From the NCBI GenBank assembly GCA_037441705.1, contig JBBIRR010000036.1:1-40692 (forward strand): a stretch of 40,692 bases of DNA. Direction: 5' to 3'. Shown in pieces: positions 17,835 to 26,304 of the stretch. Made by a program: the position numbers and the translations under genes. Position 1 is the stretch's first letter; the number at the start of each line of letters is the position of its first letter. This DNA is from Ignavibacteriales bacterium (GTDB taxonomy: Bacteria > Bacteroidota > Ignavibacteria > UBA10030 > UBA6906). Below the pieces are notes generated by a model. That model was not told the origin of the DNA. It made no database searches and saw only the letters and a list, made by a program, of their open reading frames with translations.

Positions 17835-18239
17835 ATGGCGCGCAAGATCAGAGTACTCGTTGCCAAAGTCGGACTCGATGGGCATGATCGCGGGGCAAAG
17901 GTGGTGGCTGCAGCGCTCCGCGATGCCGGAATGGAAGTTATCTACACCGGGCTGCGAAAAACTCCGGACATGATCGTCGAAGCGGCGCTCCAGGAAGATG
18001 TGGATGCCATCGGCGTCAGCATCTTGAGCGGGGCCCACATGACCGTGTTTCCGAAGATCGTGTCGCTTCTCAAAGACAAAGGGCTGCACGATGTCCTTCT
18101 GTTCGGCGGCGGCATCATTCCGCAGCAGGATATCGAAGAGTTAAAGAAGATGGGTGTGGGTGAACTTTTCACGCCCGGAGCTTCGACGAAGGAAATTGTC
18201 GAGTATGTGAAACGCTGGGCCGCCGAACACCGAAACTGA
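17835..18239 (+). CDS. stand-alone cobalamin-binding subunit of an acyl-CoA (methylmalonyl-CoA-type) mutase
   Basis: [19 protein letters not shown] (DxHxxG), [19 protein letters not shown]. Confidence 0.9.
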   Translation: MARKIRVLVAKVGLDGHDRGAKVVAAALRDAGMEVIYTGLRKTPDMIVEAALQEDVDAIGVSILSGAHMTVFPKIVSLLKDKGLHDVLLFGGGIIPQQDIEELKKMGVGELFTPGASTKEIVEYVKRWAAEHRN

Positions 18240-18257
18240 ATCTCTCCATCGAAACAG

Positions 18258-18285
18258 CAATCCCTTCTCGATGGAGAAGGGATTG
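18258..18285. terminator. hairpin between convergent genes (probable terminator)
   Basis: 12-bp perfect stem CAATCCCTTCTC/GAGAAGGGATTG, loop GATG; weak U tracts. Confidence 0.55.
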
Positions 18286-18323
18286 AATCGGGTCAATGTT
18301 CCGAAGAAGGCGACCGCCCTCGA

Positions 18324-18530
18324 TCACGAACTCGTTCTGGTGACCTTGACCGCTTGCAGCCCCTTGGCACCCTGCTCAACCTCGAACTGGACCGTCTCTC
18401 CTTCCTTGAGAGTCCTGTAGCCTTCACCAACAATCGACTTAAAGTGGACGAAGAGGTCTTCGCCACTCTCGCGCTTGATGAAGCCGTAGCCCTTCGCGTT
18501 GTTGAACCACTTCACGGTACCCTTTTCCAT
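18324..18530 (-). CDS. cold-shock protein (CspA family)
   Basis: MEKGTVKWFNNAKGYGFI (RNP1), DLFVHFKSI (RNP2), 68 aa. Confidence 0.95.
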   Translation of the reverse strand: MEKGTVKWFNNAKGYGFIKRESGEDLFVHFKSIVGEGYRTLKEGETVQFEVEQGAKGLQAVKVTRTSS

Positions 18531-18712
18531 ACGCGAGTAACCTTTAGTTGTGGAACAAATGAGTAACACCATTTGCCCGCGCACGCTTCTCTCAGCAAAG
18601 AGTACCGTGCAGTGTGGCTACTGTTTCGGCAGAGATGCGCTCGCCACCTGCCCCTCTCCACACCCGACAATCTTGGAACGAAAACAGCTGGTGTTGCGTG
18701 AACTGTGGGCGT

Positions 18713-18741
18713 ATATTAGCAAACAGGATTGATAAACGCAA
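18713..18741 (-). promoter_or_regulatory. promoter for csp, giving a ~175-nt 5' UTR
   Basis: Minus strand TTGCGT, 17 nt, TAATAT with extended -10 TG. Confidence 0.55.
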
Positions 18742-18755
18742 GCGGCGAACTTTCG

Positions 18756-21122
18756 TTATCTATTTTCGTCGTCTTCCACCCAGAGGCGTTCATCGGCCGG
18801 AGCTGCGGCCTCTGCTCGGGCTGCGGCAAGCGTTCGGCGGGTAATGATTTTTATCCCTTCCGGTGAAAAGGGGAACAGGTCCTCGGGCGAGAAGATGTTC
18901 CGGAAATCCTTTGGCTCAAAAAACTCTTTGAATTTCTCGGAGAACTCGTCAAGCCTGCGCACGTAGTAGGCGGAGTTCTCGTCGGGGAAGTTGGGGTTCC
19001 ATTCGGCGATAGGTTTGCAATGCTCGAAAGTCCTCACGTTGGGATCGTCGCCGGTGATGTAATACGAGATGGAATCCCCCGGCCTGTAGTTCCGGCCCGT
19101 TGCTCTGGCAACTTCATAGGCAGCGCTCTTGTTCCGTCGCTCGCTTTGCACTCCGCGTTCGTAATCGGCAAGCGAGTCCTTCAGGGTTTCTGTCCGCGCG
19201 AAGTCCCGCACGTCCAGCGCATGCTCGAGAATAGCATTGCGGTACTGAATGTACAGCCGGTGCAGTCCCGCGATATCCTCTTTCAGCAAACACTCGATGC
19301 ACTGACGGATGTACTGGCGGCCGAAACGTTCGATGCTGCGGGAAATGAGCGACGACCCTTTGATGCGAAGGGTACCGTCATATTCTAACAGCGCGTAGTT
19401 CTTCATCTTGTAGCTTAACATCTTCTGGTACCGGCCATCGAGCGCCACCGTGATGCCTTCCGGCATCAACGCCGAGAGACGTTCCACGAACGCTCCTTCC
19501 TCCTCCTCAGTGCGCACAGAAGGGGGAGGGACGAAAAAGATTCCGTCGGTATCAACTTCAATCACCGTTCCCTTTTCGGATTGGATGAAGTCAATCATCC
19601 GACGCAACAGTTCCTGTCCCGTCGTTGTTACAACGTCTGCCTGTTCAACGTCATTAAACAGGCCGCGGGCATACCCCAGATACCCGTAGAAGGAGTTGAT
19701 GAGAATCTTGAGAGAGGACTGGAGGGCATCAAGCCGTGAGCGTTCATCATTGCCACGCGCTCCTTGCATCTGTCGCTTCGCTTCAAGGCGCGATGCCGTG
19801 AGTACTTTCAGCAACTGTTGGAATACCCCGAGGACGTCGGAGGCGGGGGCGATCTGCTTGCTGATCATGATGGAGGGGTACAAGGACTCGACATCGACGT
19901 GAAGGACAGGTCCGAGAATGCCGGTCACGAAAATGTCGGTGTAGCCGCCCGTCGTCTGAACGCCGACACGTGGTCGAGGAAGCGCGTGCCGTGCGCGGAG
20001 GTACTCGCGGACAAGAAGGCTCTCGATTTTAGCTGCTGACCCGATCCGCGCTACCTGCCCATAACTCATGGGAAGCATCTGGGTAAGATAGAATGTGGTT
20101 CCCGAAAGCCGATCGCTGAGCTTGCGCGTTTCGGTCACATCATCCAATGCGTAGGCCATCAACGTCTTTACGTCGTTGTCCCAATACCACGAAATTTTGT
20201 TCCCGGGGATGTAGGTACGATCGGGAGACGAAATGCCGAAGTAACGGGCAGCGTACTTCAGGCCATAGCTTTCCATGTTGCGCTTGGTCATGTCGTAGGT
20301 CTGCACCAGCAGCATGGTATCAATCACATGCCGTCCGGCGATCTCTGCGGCAGTATACTCGAACGCGCGATCGGCATAGGAGGCCCGCGTGTCGAACACG
20401 CGCGGTGTGCTTCCGTCCCGGCCGATGGCGAAAGGCACGTTGTGCAGCTCGCAGCGCTTCAGGATGTAGGGGAGATCGAAGTTGAAAATGTTGTGACCTT
20501 CGATGACGTCCGGGTCCTTCTCTCGAATCAGCCGCACAAGTTCCGTCAGCATCTCCTTCTCGGTCTTCTTCTTGCCGCTGATGATTTCCTGCCAGCCGCG
20601 GTTGTCCGAAAGGGCGATGAGGATGATGCGATCGCTCGACCTGTTTGCATTACTGAAACGATGCATGCCTCCCGCGTACGTTTCGATATCCAGCTGCATG
20701 CGGTAGATGTCCTCAAACTTCATCCCTTTAAAAAGCGTTCTTCCGCTCTGCATCAGGTACTGCGTCACCGGGTCGGCGTAGAGAAGGATGTCCTCCAGTT
20801 CGGTGTACGACTCTTTGCGTTGATTGTACAGCCTGCCGTGGCGATCGAGAATGAAGCGGACGGCTTCCCACATCGTTCCCCATTCCTCGAACGCGCAAAT
20901 ATGCTGATAGTAAGCCTTGCCCTCGAGCTTCTTGATCCAGTGTTTGTGTGAGAAGCCGTCGAGGAGTTGTTTGTCGGCGAGAAAGAAGAACGGAAAGAAC
21001 GGTGCATCCTCGAAGCGGACTGTATCTCCTTCACGAAAATACACCCGCATCGTCCGGTCGTCCTTCTGGTGGACGGCAACGATGTGTTCATCGGAATTGT
21101 GACCGTAGAGAAGAGCGTTCAT
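18756..21122 (-). CDS. family B DNA polymerase with 3'-5' exonuclease domain
   Basis: ExoI LDIET, ExoII GHNIFNFDLPYI, ExoIII YALDD; Pol motifs DVESLYPS, KILINSFYG, VDTDG. Confidence 0.92.
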   Translation of the reverse strand: MNALLYGHNSDEHIVAVHQKDDRTMRVYFREGDTVRFEDAPFFPFFFLADKQLLDGFSHKHWIKKLEGKAYYQHICAFEEWGTMWEAVRFILDRHGRLYNQRKESYTELEDILLYADPVTQYLMQSGRTLFKGMKFEDIYRMQLDIETYAGGMHRFSNANRSSDRIILIALSDNRGWQEIISGKKKTEKEMLTELVRLIREKDPDVIEGHNIFNFDLPYILKRCELHNVPFAIGRDGSTPRVFDTRASYADRAFEYTAAEIAGRHVIDTMLLVQTYDMTKRNMESYGLKYAARYFGISSPDRTYIPGNKISWYWDNDVKTLMAYALDDVTETRKLSDRLSGTTFYLTQMLPMSYGQVARIGSAAKIESLLVREYLRARHALPRPRVGVQTTGGYTDIFVTGILGPVLHVDVESLYPSIMISKQIAPASDVLGVFQQLLKVLTASRLEAKRQMQGARGNDERSRLDALQSSLKILINSFYGYLGYARGLFNDVEQADVVTTTGQELLRRMIDFIQSEKGTVIEVDTDGIFFVPPPSVRTEEEEGAFVERLSALMPEGITVALDGRYQKMLSYKMKNYALLEYDGTLRIKGSSLISRSIERFGRQYIRQCIECLLKEDIAGLHRLYIQYRNAILEHALDVRDFARTETLKDSLADYERGVQSERRNKSAAYEVARATGRNYRPGDSISYYITGDDPNVRTFEHCKPIAEWNPNFPDENSAYYVRRLDEFSEKFKEFFEPKDFRNIFSPEDLFPFSPEGIKIITRRTLAAARAEAAAPADERLWVEDDENR

Positions 21123-21180
21123 GGCCAAAGGAAAACCGTCGTTCAGCTACGCAAATGGTACGGATTTCCTTCTGGAAAAG

Positions 21181-21225
21181 AAAAAAACAAGCGGGCGCGG
21201 CTCCGAGGTCACGTCGGAGCCGCCC
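21181..21225 (-). terminator. probable terminator after slipin
   Basis: Stem GCGGCTCCGA/TCGGAGCCGC, followed on the minus strand by TTGTTTTTTT. Confidence 0.6.
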
Positions 21226-21239
21226 ATGCCCGGCAACCC

Positions 21240-22010
21240 TCACTTCTTATTGTTCTTCTTCGCCATATCGAGGAACGGCGAGATGAGATCAATCGGAACG
21301 GGAAAGATGGTGGTCGAATTCTTTTCCGAGGCGACTTCTGTGAGCGTTTGCAGGAATCTGAGCTGCAGTGCCGTGGGATGTCGTTCGATCACCTGGGCTG
21401 CATCGGCCAGACGCTGGGATGCTTGATATTCGCCTTCGGCGTGAATGACCTTTGCGCGACGTTCGCGCTCGGCTTCTGCCTGGCGGGCCATCGCGCGCTG
21501 CATCTCCGTGGGCAGGTCGACGTGCTTGACCTCAACGTTCGATACTTTGATTCCCCACGGCTCCGTCTGGAAATCTATGATCTGCTGGAGCTTCTGGTTG
21601 ATCTTCTCGCGCTCGGCAAGCAGTTCATCAAGCTCTGATTGACCCAGAATGCTGCGCAGCGTTGTTTGCGACAACTGAGACGTCGCGAACAAATAATTCT
21701 CGACCTCGACAATCGCTTTGTCGGGCTGGATCACCCGGAAGTACACGACTGCATTGACTTTGATCGAGACGTTATCGCGGGTGATGATGTCTTGAGGGGG
21801 AACGTCCATCACCACCGTTCGCAGGCTTACTTTGACCATCTTATCAACAATGGGAATCAGCAGGATAAGACCCGGGCCTTTCACGCCGATGAGCCGGCCA
21901 AGACGGAACACGACGCCGCGTTCGTACTCCCGCAAAATGCGAATGGCATTGGCGAGAATAATGAGAACGAAGAGGATAAGAACAAAGAGAAAGACGCCAT
22001 ACGCTTCCAT
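21240..22010 (-). CDS. SPFH/stomatin-like (slipin) protein
   Basis: N-terminal [45 protein letters not shown]. Confidence 0.93.
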   Translation of the reverse strand: MEAYGVFLFVLILFVLIILANAIRILREYERGVVFRLGRLIGVKGPGLILLIPIVDKMVKVSLRTVVMDVPPQDIITRDNVSIKVNAVVYFRVIQPDKAIVEVENYLFATSQLSQTTLRSILGQSELDELLAEREKINQKLQQIIDFQTEPWGIKVSNVEVKHVDLPTEMQRAMARQAEAERERRAKVIHAEGEYQASQRLADAAQVIERHPTALQLRFLQTLTEVASEKNSTTIFPVPIDLISPFLDMAKKNNKK

Positions 22011-22024
22011 AGTTCACCTCGTGT

Positions 22025-23356
22025 TCAAGTTGTTAATGATGATTTGCCTCGCGAGCTTGCATGAGCCTGCGCAGACTTCCTCACACGTAACGTGAGATTT
22101 TCCACTCCTGTCACGATAATGGGCGTCGCTGCTGCGATCTTCCCCTCTTCGCTCGTTGCTCGCCAGATTTCCCCATGCACACGCACCTGGCCGTCGGGAT
22201 TGAGCGTCGAGAGTGTTTCGCCGGTCGCACCGATGATTCCTTCGATTCCCGTCGTCGGCTTTCTCCGTTGCGCACGGATACCCATTCCCACCGCGAACGC
22301 AAAGAACCCCGCCGTCACGAGTGCCGCGGGGATGATCACGCTCCACGAGATGCGTACGAACTCTAAGGGAGAGTCGGAATCAATCAGCATGATGGAGCCG
22401 AGGGCAAGCGAGATGATGCCGCCGACGGTCAGCAAGCCGTAGCTGGTCACTTTGATTTCTGCGATGAACAGAATGATGCCGAAGAGAATCAGGGCAAGTC
22501 CGGCATAGTTGATCGGCATGGTGTGCAGCGAGTACAATGCAATGATGATGGCGATTACGCCGACGACTCCCGGGAGGATCGAACCGGGGTTGTACAACTC
22601 GAACATCAATCCGTAAATCCCCAACAAGAAAAAGATATAGGCGATATTCGGATCGCTGAGAAGATCGAGCAGGCGATGCTTCCATCCCATTTCAAATTCC
22701 TTGACGTCTGCATTCCGTGTACCGAAGATGTGGGTCGTGCCGTCAAGGTCAACCCGCTTTCCGTCAATCGAGTCGAGCAAGGCGGTGACGGTTGGCGCGA
22801 TGAGGTCAATGACGCCTTGCTTCAGCGCTTCGGATTCTGTGATCGAGAGGCTTTTGCGAACGGCCTCTTCCGCCCACTGCACATTGCGCTTGCGTTTTTC
22901 GCTGATGGTGCGAATGAAGGCCGCCGCGTCGTTGGTGGCCTTTTCGTTCACGATGGAATCTTTTTCGCCGCCCTGAATGCCTACCGGATGTGCCGCCCCG
23001 ATGTTGGTTCCCGGTGCCATTGCCGCGACATGCGCGGCCAGCGTGATGAACGTGCCGGCGGAGGCTGCTTGAGAACCGCCCGGGGCGACATACACAATCA
23101 CGGGGAGGGGAGAGGAAAGCAGGTCCGTCACAATTACTCGCGTGGACTTCAACAATCCGCCGGGAGTGTTCAGTCGGATGATCAGGCACTCTGCCTTCTG
23201 CGCGGACGCGCGCTCGATGGAGGTGTGGATGTAATCCGCCGTTGCAGGATTGATGGTCGCATCCAGTGTGATGACGTGAACCGTCGGGTTGGCGAACGAC
23301 AAGGACACGGCGAGACTACAGACAACCGCAGCAACAGTTCGGCAGAGCGTCTTCAT
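22025..23356 (-). CDS. nfeD: NfeD-family membrane-bound serine protease (long form)
   Basis: Signal peptide, LNTPGG, AASAG (Ser), MAPGTNIGAAHP, EKATND (Lys), TM bundle, C-terminal OB fold (GQVRVHGEIWRA). Confidence 0.9.
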   Translation of the reverse strand: MKTLCRTVAAVVCSLAVSLSFANPTVHVITLDATINPATADYIHTSIERASAQKAECLIIRLNTPGGLLKSTRVIVTDLLSSPLPVIVYVAPGGSQAASAGTFITLAAHVAAMAPGTNIGAAHPVGIQGGEKDSIVNEKATNDAAAFIRTISEKRKRNVQWAEEAVRKSLSITESEALKQGVIDLIAPTVTALLDSIDGKRVDLDGTTHIFGTRNADVKEFEMGWKHRLLDLLSDPNIAYIFFLLGIYGLMFELYNPGSILPGVVGVIAIIIALYSLHTMPINYAGLALILFGIILFIAEIKVTSYGLLTVGGIISLALGSIMLIDSDSPLEFVRISWSVIIPAALVTAGFFAFAVGMGIRAQRRKPTTGIEGIIGATGETLSTLNPDGQVRVHGEIWRATSEEGKIAAATPIIVTGVENLTLRVRKSAQAHASSRGKSSLTT

Positions 23357-23393
23357 GTTCGCGCTCAGGGGGAATGGGTCGTGATAGATTGAG

Positions 23394-23480
23394 CGGAGAG
23401 GGTGGGATTCGAACCCACGAACCCCGTTAAGGGTTACACGCTCTCCAGGCGTGCCAGTTCAGCCACTCCTGCACCTCTCC
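23394..23480 (-). tRNA. tRNA-Ser(GGA)
   Basis: Minus strand GGAGAGG.../CCTCTCC-G, anticodon arm CACGC-CTGGAGA-GCGTG, long variable arm, TTCGAAT; CCA not encoded. Confidence 0.95.
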
Positions 23481-23561
23481 GATTCCTTCTTGCGACGCGT
23501 GTACGTTTGAGTTGAGCTGCACAAACTCTCTCGTACCCGCCGCTCGAGAGATTCCAGAGTC

Positions 23562-23619
23562 AAGATATGAAGAATGCCCCTTCCAAGCAATTTGAAATTC
23601 TACCAAATCAAAGTATATT
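23562..23619. promoter_or_regulatory. back-to-back divergent sigma70 promoters (tRNA-Ser/nfeD and glycan operon)
   Basis: Minus: TTGCTT (23590-23585), 17 nt, TATCTT (23567-23562). Plus: TTGAAA (23592-23597), 16 nt, TATATT (23614-23619). Confidence 0.55.
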
Positions 23620-23650
23620 GCCTCAACCTTTTTGCTCTGCCTTTCTCATA

Positions 23651-25183
23651 ATGTCCAACGCCCGACGAATCTTCGAAAGCGCTCTCTGGAACCACGCCGG
23701 CAGGATACTCGAATATGTTCTGATGTATCTTACCTCGGTGGTGATTGCGCGCGGCCTCGGCGTTGAAGAAAACGGACGGTTCGTCGGACTCTTCAGCATT
23801 ACCCAGCTCCTGATTGTGTTGTGCTCGTTGGGGCTGGAGACCTCTCTGAACAAATTCATTCCGCAGCTCGCCCAGGAACACGCCGACCAACAGGCCCGAT
23901 TTCTTCTTCGTAGGGTGTTGCTCCTGCGCGTTGGGCTGTTTGCCGTCGTGACGCTGGTTTTTTCTGTGTTTGTCCGGTTCGTGTCCGTACCGTTTCTGGA
24001 TGCTAACCGCCACATTCTGGCTCCCGTCATCCTCTTCACGGGTGTACGAGCGGTTGTGCCGTTGTTGGCAATGGTTCTCACGGCCCGCCTTCAGACCGCA
24101 GTTACCGCTCTTATCAATCTGGTTGTGAGAACGATTGAGCTTGGTGCAGTCCTCTGGCTCATGACCAACACGCTCACCGTCGAACGTCTCTTTCTTGTGT
24201 TTCTGGGAACGAGCATTCTTCATGTATTGGCATACGTTGCCCTTTCTCGGCCCACATGCTTTGGTGCCGTGCGGGCGGTAGAGATGCGGCCCATTCTTTC
24301 CTTCAGTGCGTTGTTTTGGATCAATACGCTTGTTGACTTCGTTCTGGGCAGACAGGGCGACGTGCTGCTTCTTGCGAACCTTCATCCCGACCGCGCACAG
24401 ACAGGCCTGTACGACGTTGCGTACTCGGTCGCTCAGCTTGCTTCCATGGCAATGACAGTGGGATTGAGCGGAGTGATGTTTGCTACGTTTGCGCGTCTTG
24501 CCGTAGAGAACCGCGACGTGATGGATCGCTTCTACGCGTTTTCGATCCGCATCATCTCGTTACTCACTGTACCGCTTTATGCTTTCATGATCTGGAATGC
24601 TGACGCCATGCTGCGCATTCTGTACTCGCCCGATTACGGCGCAGCCGCATCGCTCGTGGTGGGAATCCTGGCATTTCGTGTCGCGTCGCGGCTGTTTGGC
24701 GGACCCGAGAACGCCGAGTACTTGCTCGCGCGCGGTCGCGTGGGAACTGTTGTGTCGTTTGGCATCGCTGCCGCCCTGACCAATGTTGTGCTGAACACGG
24801 TGCTGATTCCTCGCATGGGGGCTGTCGGCTCTGTTATCGCCGGCGGATGCGCAAACGTTCTTGTCAACACGCTCGGCGCTCTGGCGGTGTATCGAATCTC
24901 GCCAAACCGCGTGCAGGCGGTTTTCTGGTTGAAGCTTACGCTTGCTTCAGGCATTGCGGCATTCCTGAGTCACAGCCTCATGCCGGATCAGTCCCTGCCA
25001 ACATTCCTTCTCAACGGTATGGTTTTTCTGGTGCTTTTGTTTCTCGGGCTGCGCATCATGAAGCCGCTAACACGAGGCGACGCAGAATGGTTAGGTCGGC
25101 TCGGCAGACGAGTTGAGGGAGTACTTGGGCTTTTTACGGCGACAAGAGGTCACGCTGCCGAAACAAATCCCTCTGCGTTATGA
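23651..25183 (+). CDS. Wzx-like oligosaccharide flippase (MOP superfamily)
   Basis: ~14 hydrophobic segments; IARGLGVEENG, LGLETSLNKFI, GLYDVAY, LN.VLIPRMGAVG pattern; ATG 23651. Confidence 0.85.
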   Translation: MSNARRIFESALWNHAGRILEYVLMYLTSVVIARGLGVEENGRFVGLFSITQLLIVLCSLGLETSLNKFIPQLAQEHADQQARFLLRRVLLLRVGLFAVVTLVFSVFVRFVSVPFLDANRHILAPVILFTGVRAVVPLLAMVLTARLQTAVTALINLVVRTIELGAVLWLMTNTLTVERLFLVFLGTSILHVLAYVALSRPTCFGAVRAVEMRPILSFSALFWINTLVDFVLGRQGDVLLLANLHPDRAQTGLYDVAYSVAQLASMAMTVGLSGVMFATFARLAVENRDVMDRFYAFSIRIISLLTVPLYAFMIWNADAMLRILYSPDYGAAASLVVGILAFRVASRLFGGPENAEYLLARGRVGTVVSFGIAAALTNVVLNTVLIPRMGAVGSVIAGGCANVLVNTLGALAVYRISPNRVQAVFWLKLTLASGIAAFLSHSLMPDQSLPTFLLNGMVFLVLLFLGLRIMKPLTRGDAEWLGRLGRRVEGVLGLFTATRGHAAETNPSAL

Positions 25184-26304
25184 ACATCGGCATGGCATTT
25201 TTCGAGTTCGGAGGAGACAAAGGAGTAGCGCGAGCGGCGGCGGAACTGTGCATGCGCTTCGCGCAGAAGGGACACAACGTTTCCTTTCATTGCGCGCAGC
25301 TTCCCACACATTCTATACACGAGCGAATAAAATTTCACAGAGTACACGCGTTGAACTCCTTCGGAACTCTGGGACTTGCATCATTTGCGTATGCAGGCGG
25401 AAAAAGTCTCGCTCGCGGCTCGTACGATGTCACACACTCCCATGGCAACATTCTTGGTTCGGACATCATTACGGCGCAAAGCTGTCACAAAGCAGCGATG
25501 CAGGCCGCACGCATGCATGCTCGACGTACGCAGTTTTCCAATTGGGGGATTGCCGATGCTTTCCGACTTTTTCTTGAGCGAAAGAACTACGGGAAGCGCC
25601 GCTTCAAGAAAGTCATCGCCGTCTCTTCGGGAGTGAAACAAGAACTGATGGAGTGGTATGGATTGAGCGAAGCGGATATCTGCGTCATTCCCAATGGCGT
25701 GGATATCGAGAGATTCCATCCCACAATGAAACAGACAGTCGGTCCGGATATGAGAAAGCGCCTCGGCATTCAGCCCGACGAGTTTGTGATGATTCTTGTC
25801 GCGAATGAGTTTGAACGAAAGGGCCTGGCCTACGGCATTGGTGCTCTCCTACTCATGAAACACATTCGAGCGCGACTGCTTGTGGTGGGTGCCGATCGCG
25901 CAAACGTCTTCCAGCGACAGGCGATGCAGAGCGGTGTTGCCGACCGCGTGATGTTCTGCGGGGCGGTTCGTGACATCGAAAGGTACTATGCCGCAAGCGA
26001 TGTATTTCTTCTTCCCACGTACTACGAAGCATTCTCGCTTGCAACGCTCGAGGCGGCAGCCTCTGGCCTGCCGCTGCTTGTCACGAAGGTGAACGGAACC
26101 GAAGAATTGGTTCGCGAGGGCCACAACGGGTTCTTCATTCGTCGTGATGCCGAGGACATTGCCGAACACGTGATGACCCTGGCGGCAGACGAACAACAGC
26201 GTGCTGCGCTTTCCACGAATGCTCGTCGTGCTGCCGAAGCGTATAGTTGGGATCACATTGCAGATCAGACACTTCAGGTGTACGAGGAAGTGTGTCATGG
26301 TTGA
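25180..26304 (+). CDS. GT4 glycosyltransferase
   Basis: VIPNGVD, KGL, EAFSLATLEAAASGLP (Ex7E); ATGA overlap. Confidence 0.9.
   Translation: MNIGMAFFEFGGDKGVARAAAELCMRFAQKGHNVSFHCAQLPTHSIHERIKFHRVHALNSFGTLGLASFAYAGGKSLARGSYDVTHSHGNILGSDIITAQSCHKAAMQAARMHARRTQFSNWGIADAFRLFLERKNYGKRRFKKVIAVSSGVKQELMEWYGLSEADICVIPNGVDIERFHPTMKQTVGPDMRKRLGIQPDEFVMILVANEFERKGLAYGIGALLLMKHIRARLLVVGADRANVFQRQAMQSGVADRVMFCGAVRDIERYYAASDVFLLPTYYEAFSLATLEAAASGLPLLVTKVNGTEELVREGHNGFFIRRDAEDIAEHVMTLAADEQQRAALSTNARRAAEAYSWDHIADQTLQVYEEVCHG

Noticed and set aside
15838-23480. tRNAs as integration sites bounding a genomic island
   Set aside because: No integrase and no duplicated tRNA 3' end seen; the intervening genes are housekeeping-like
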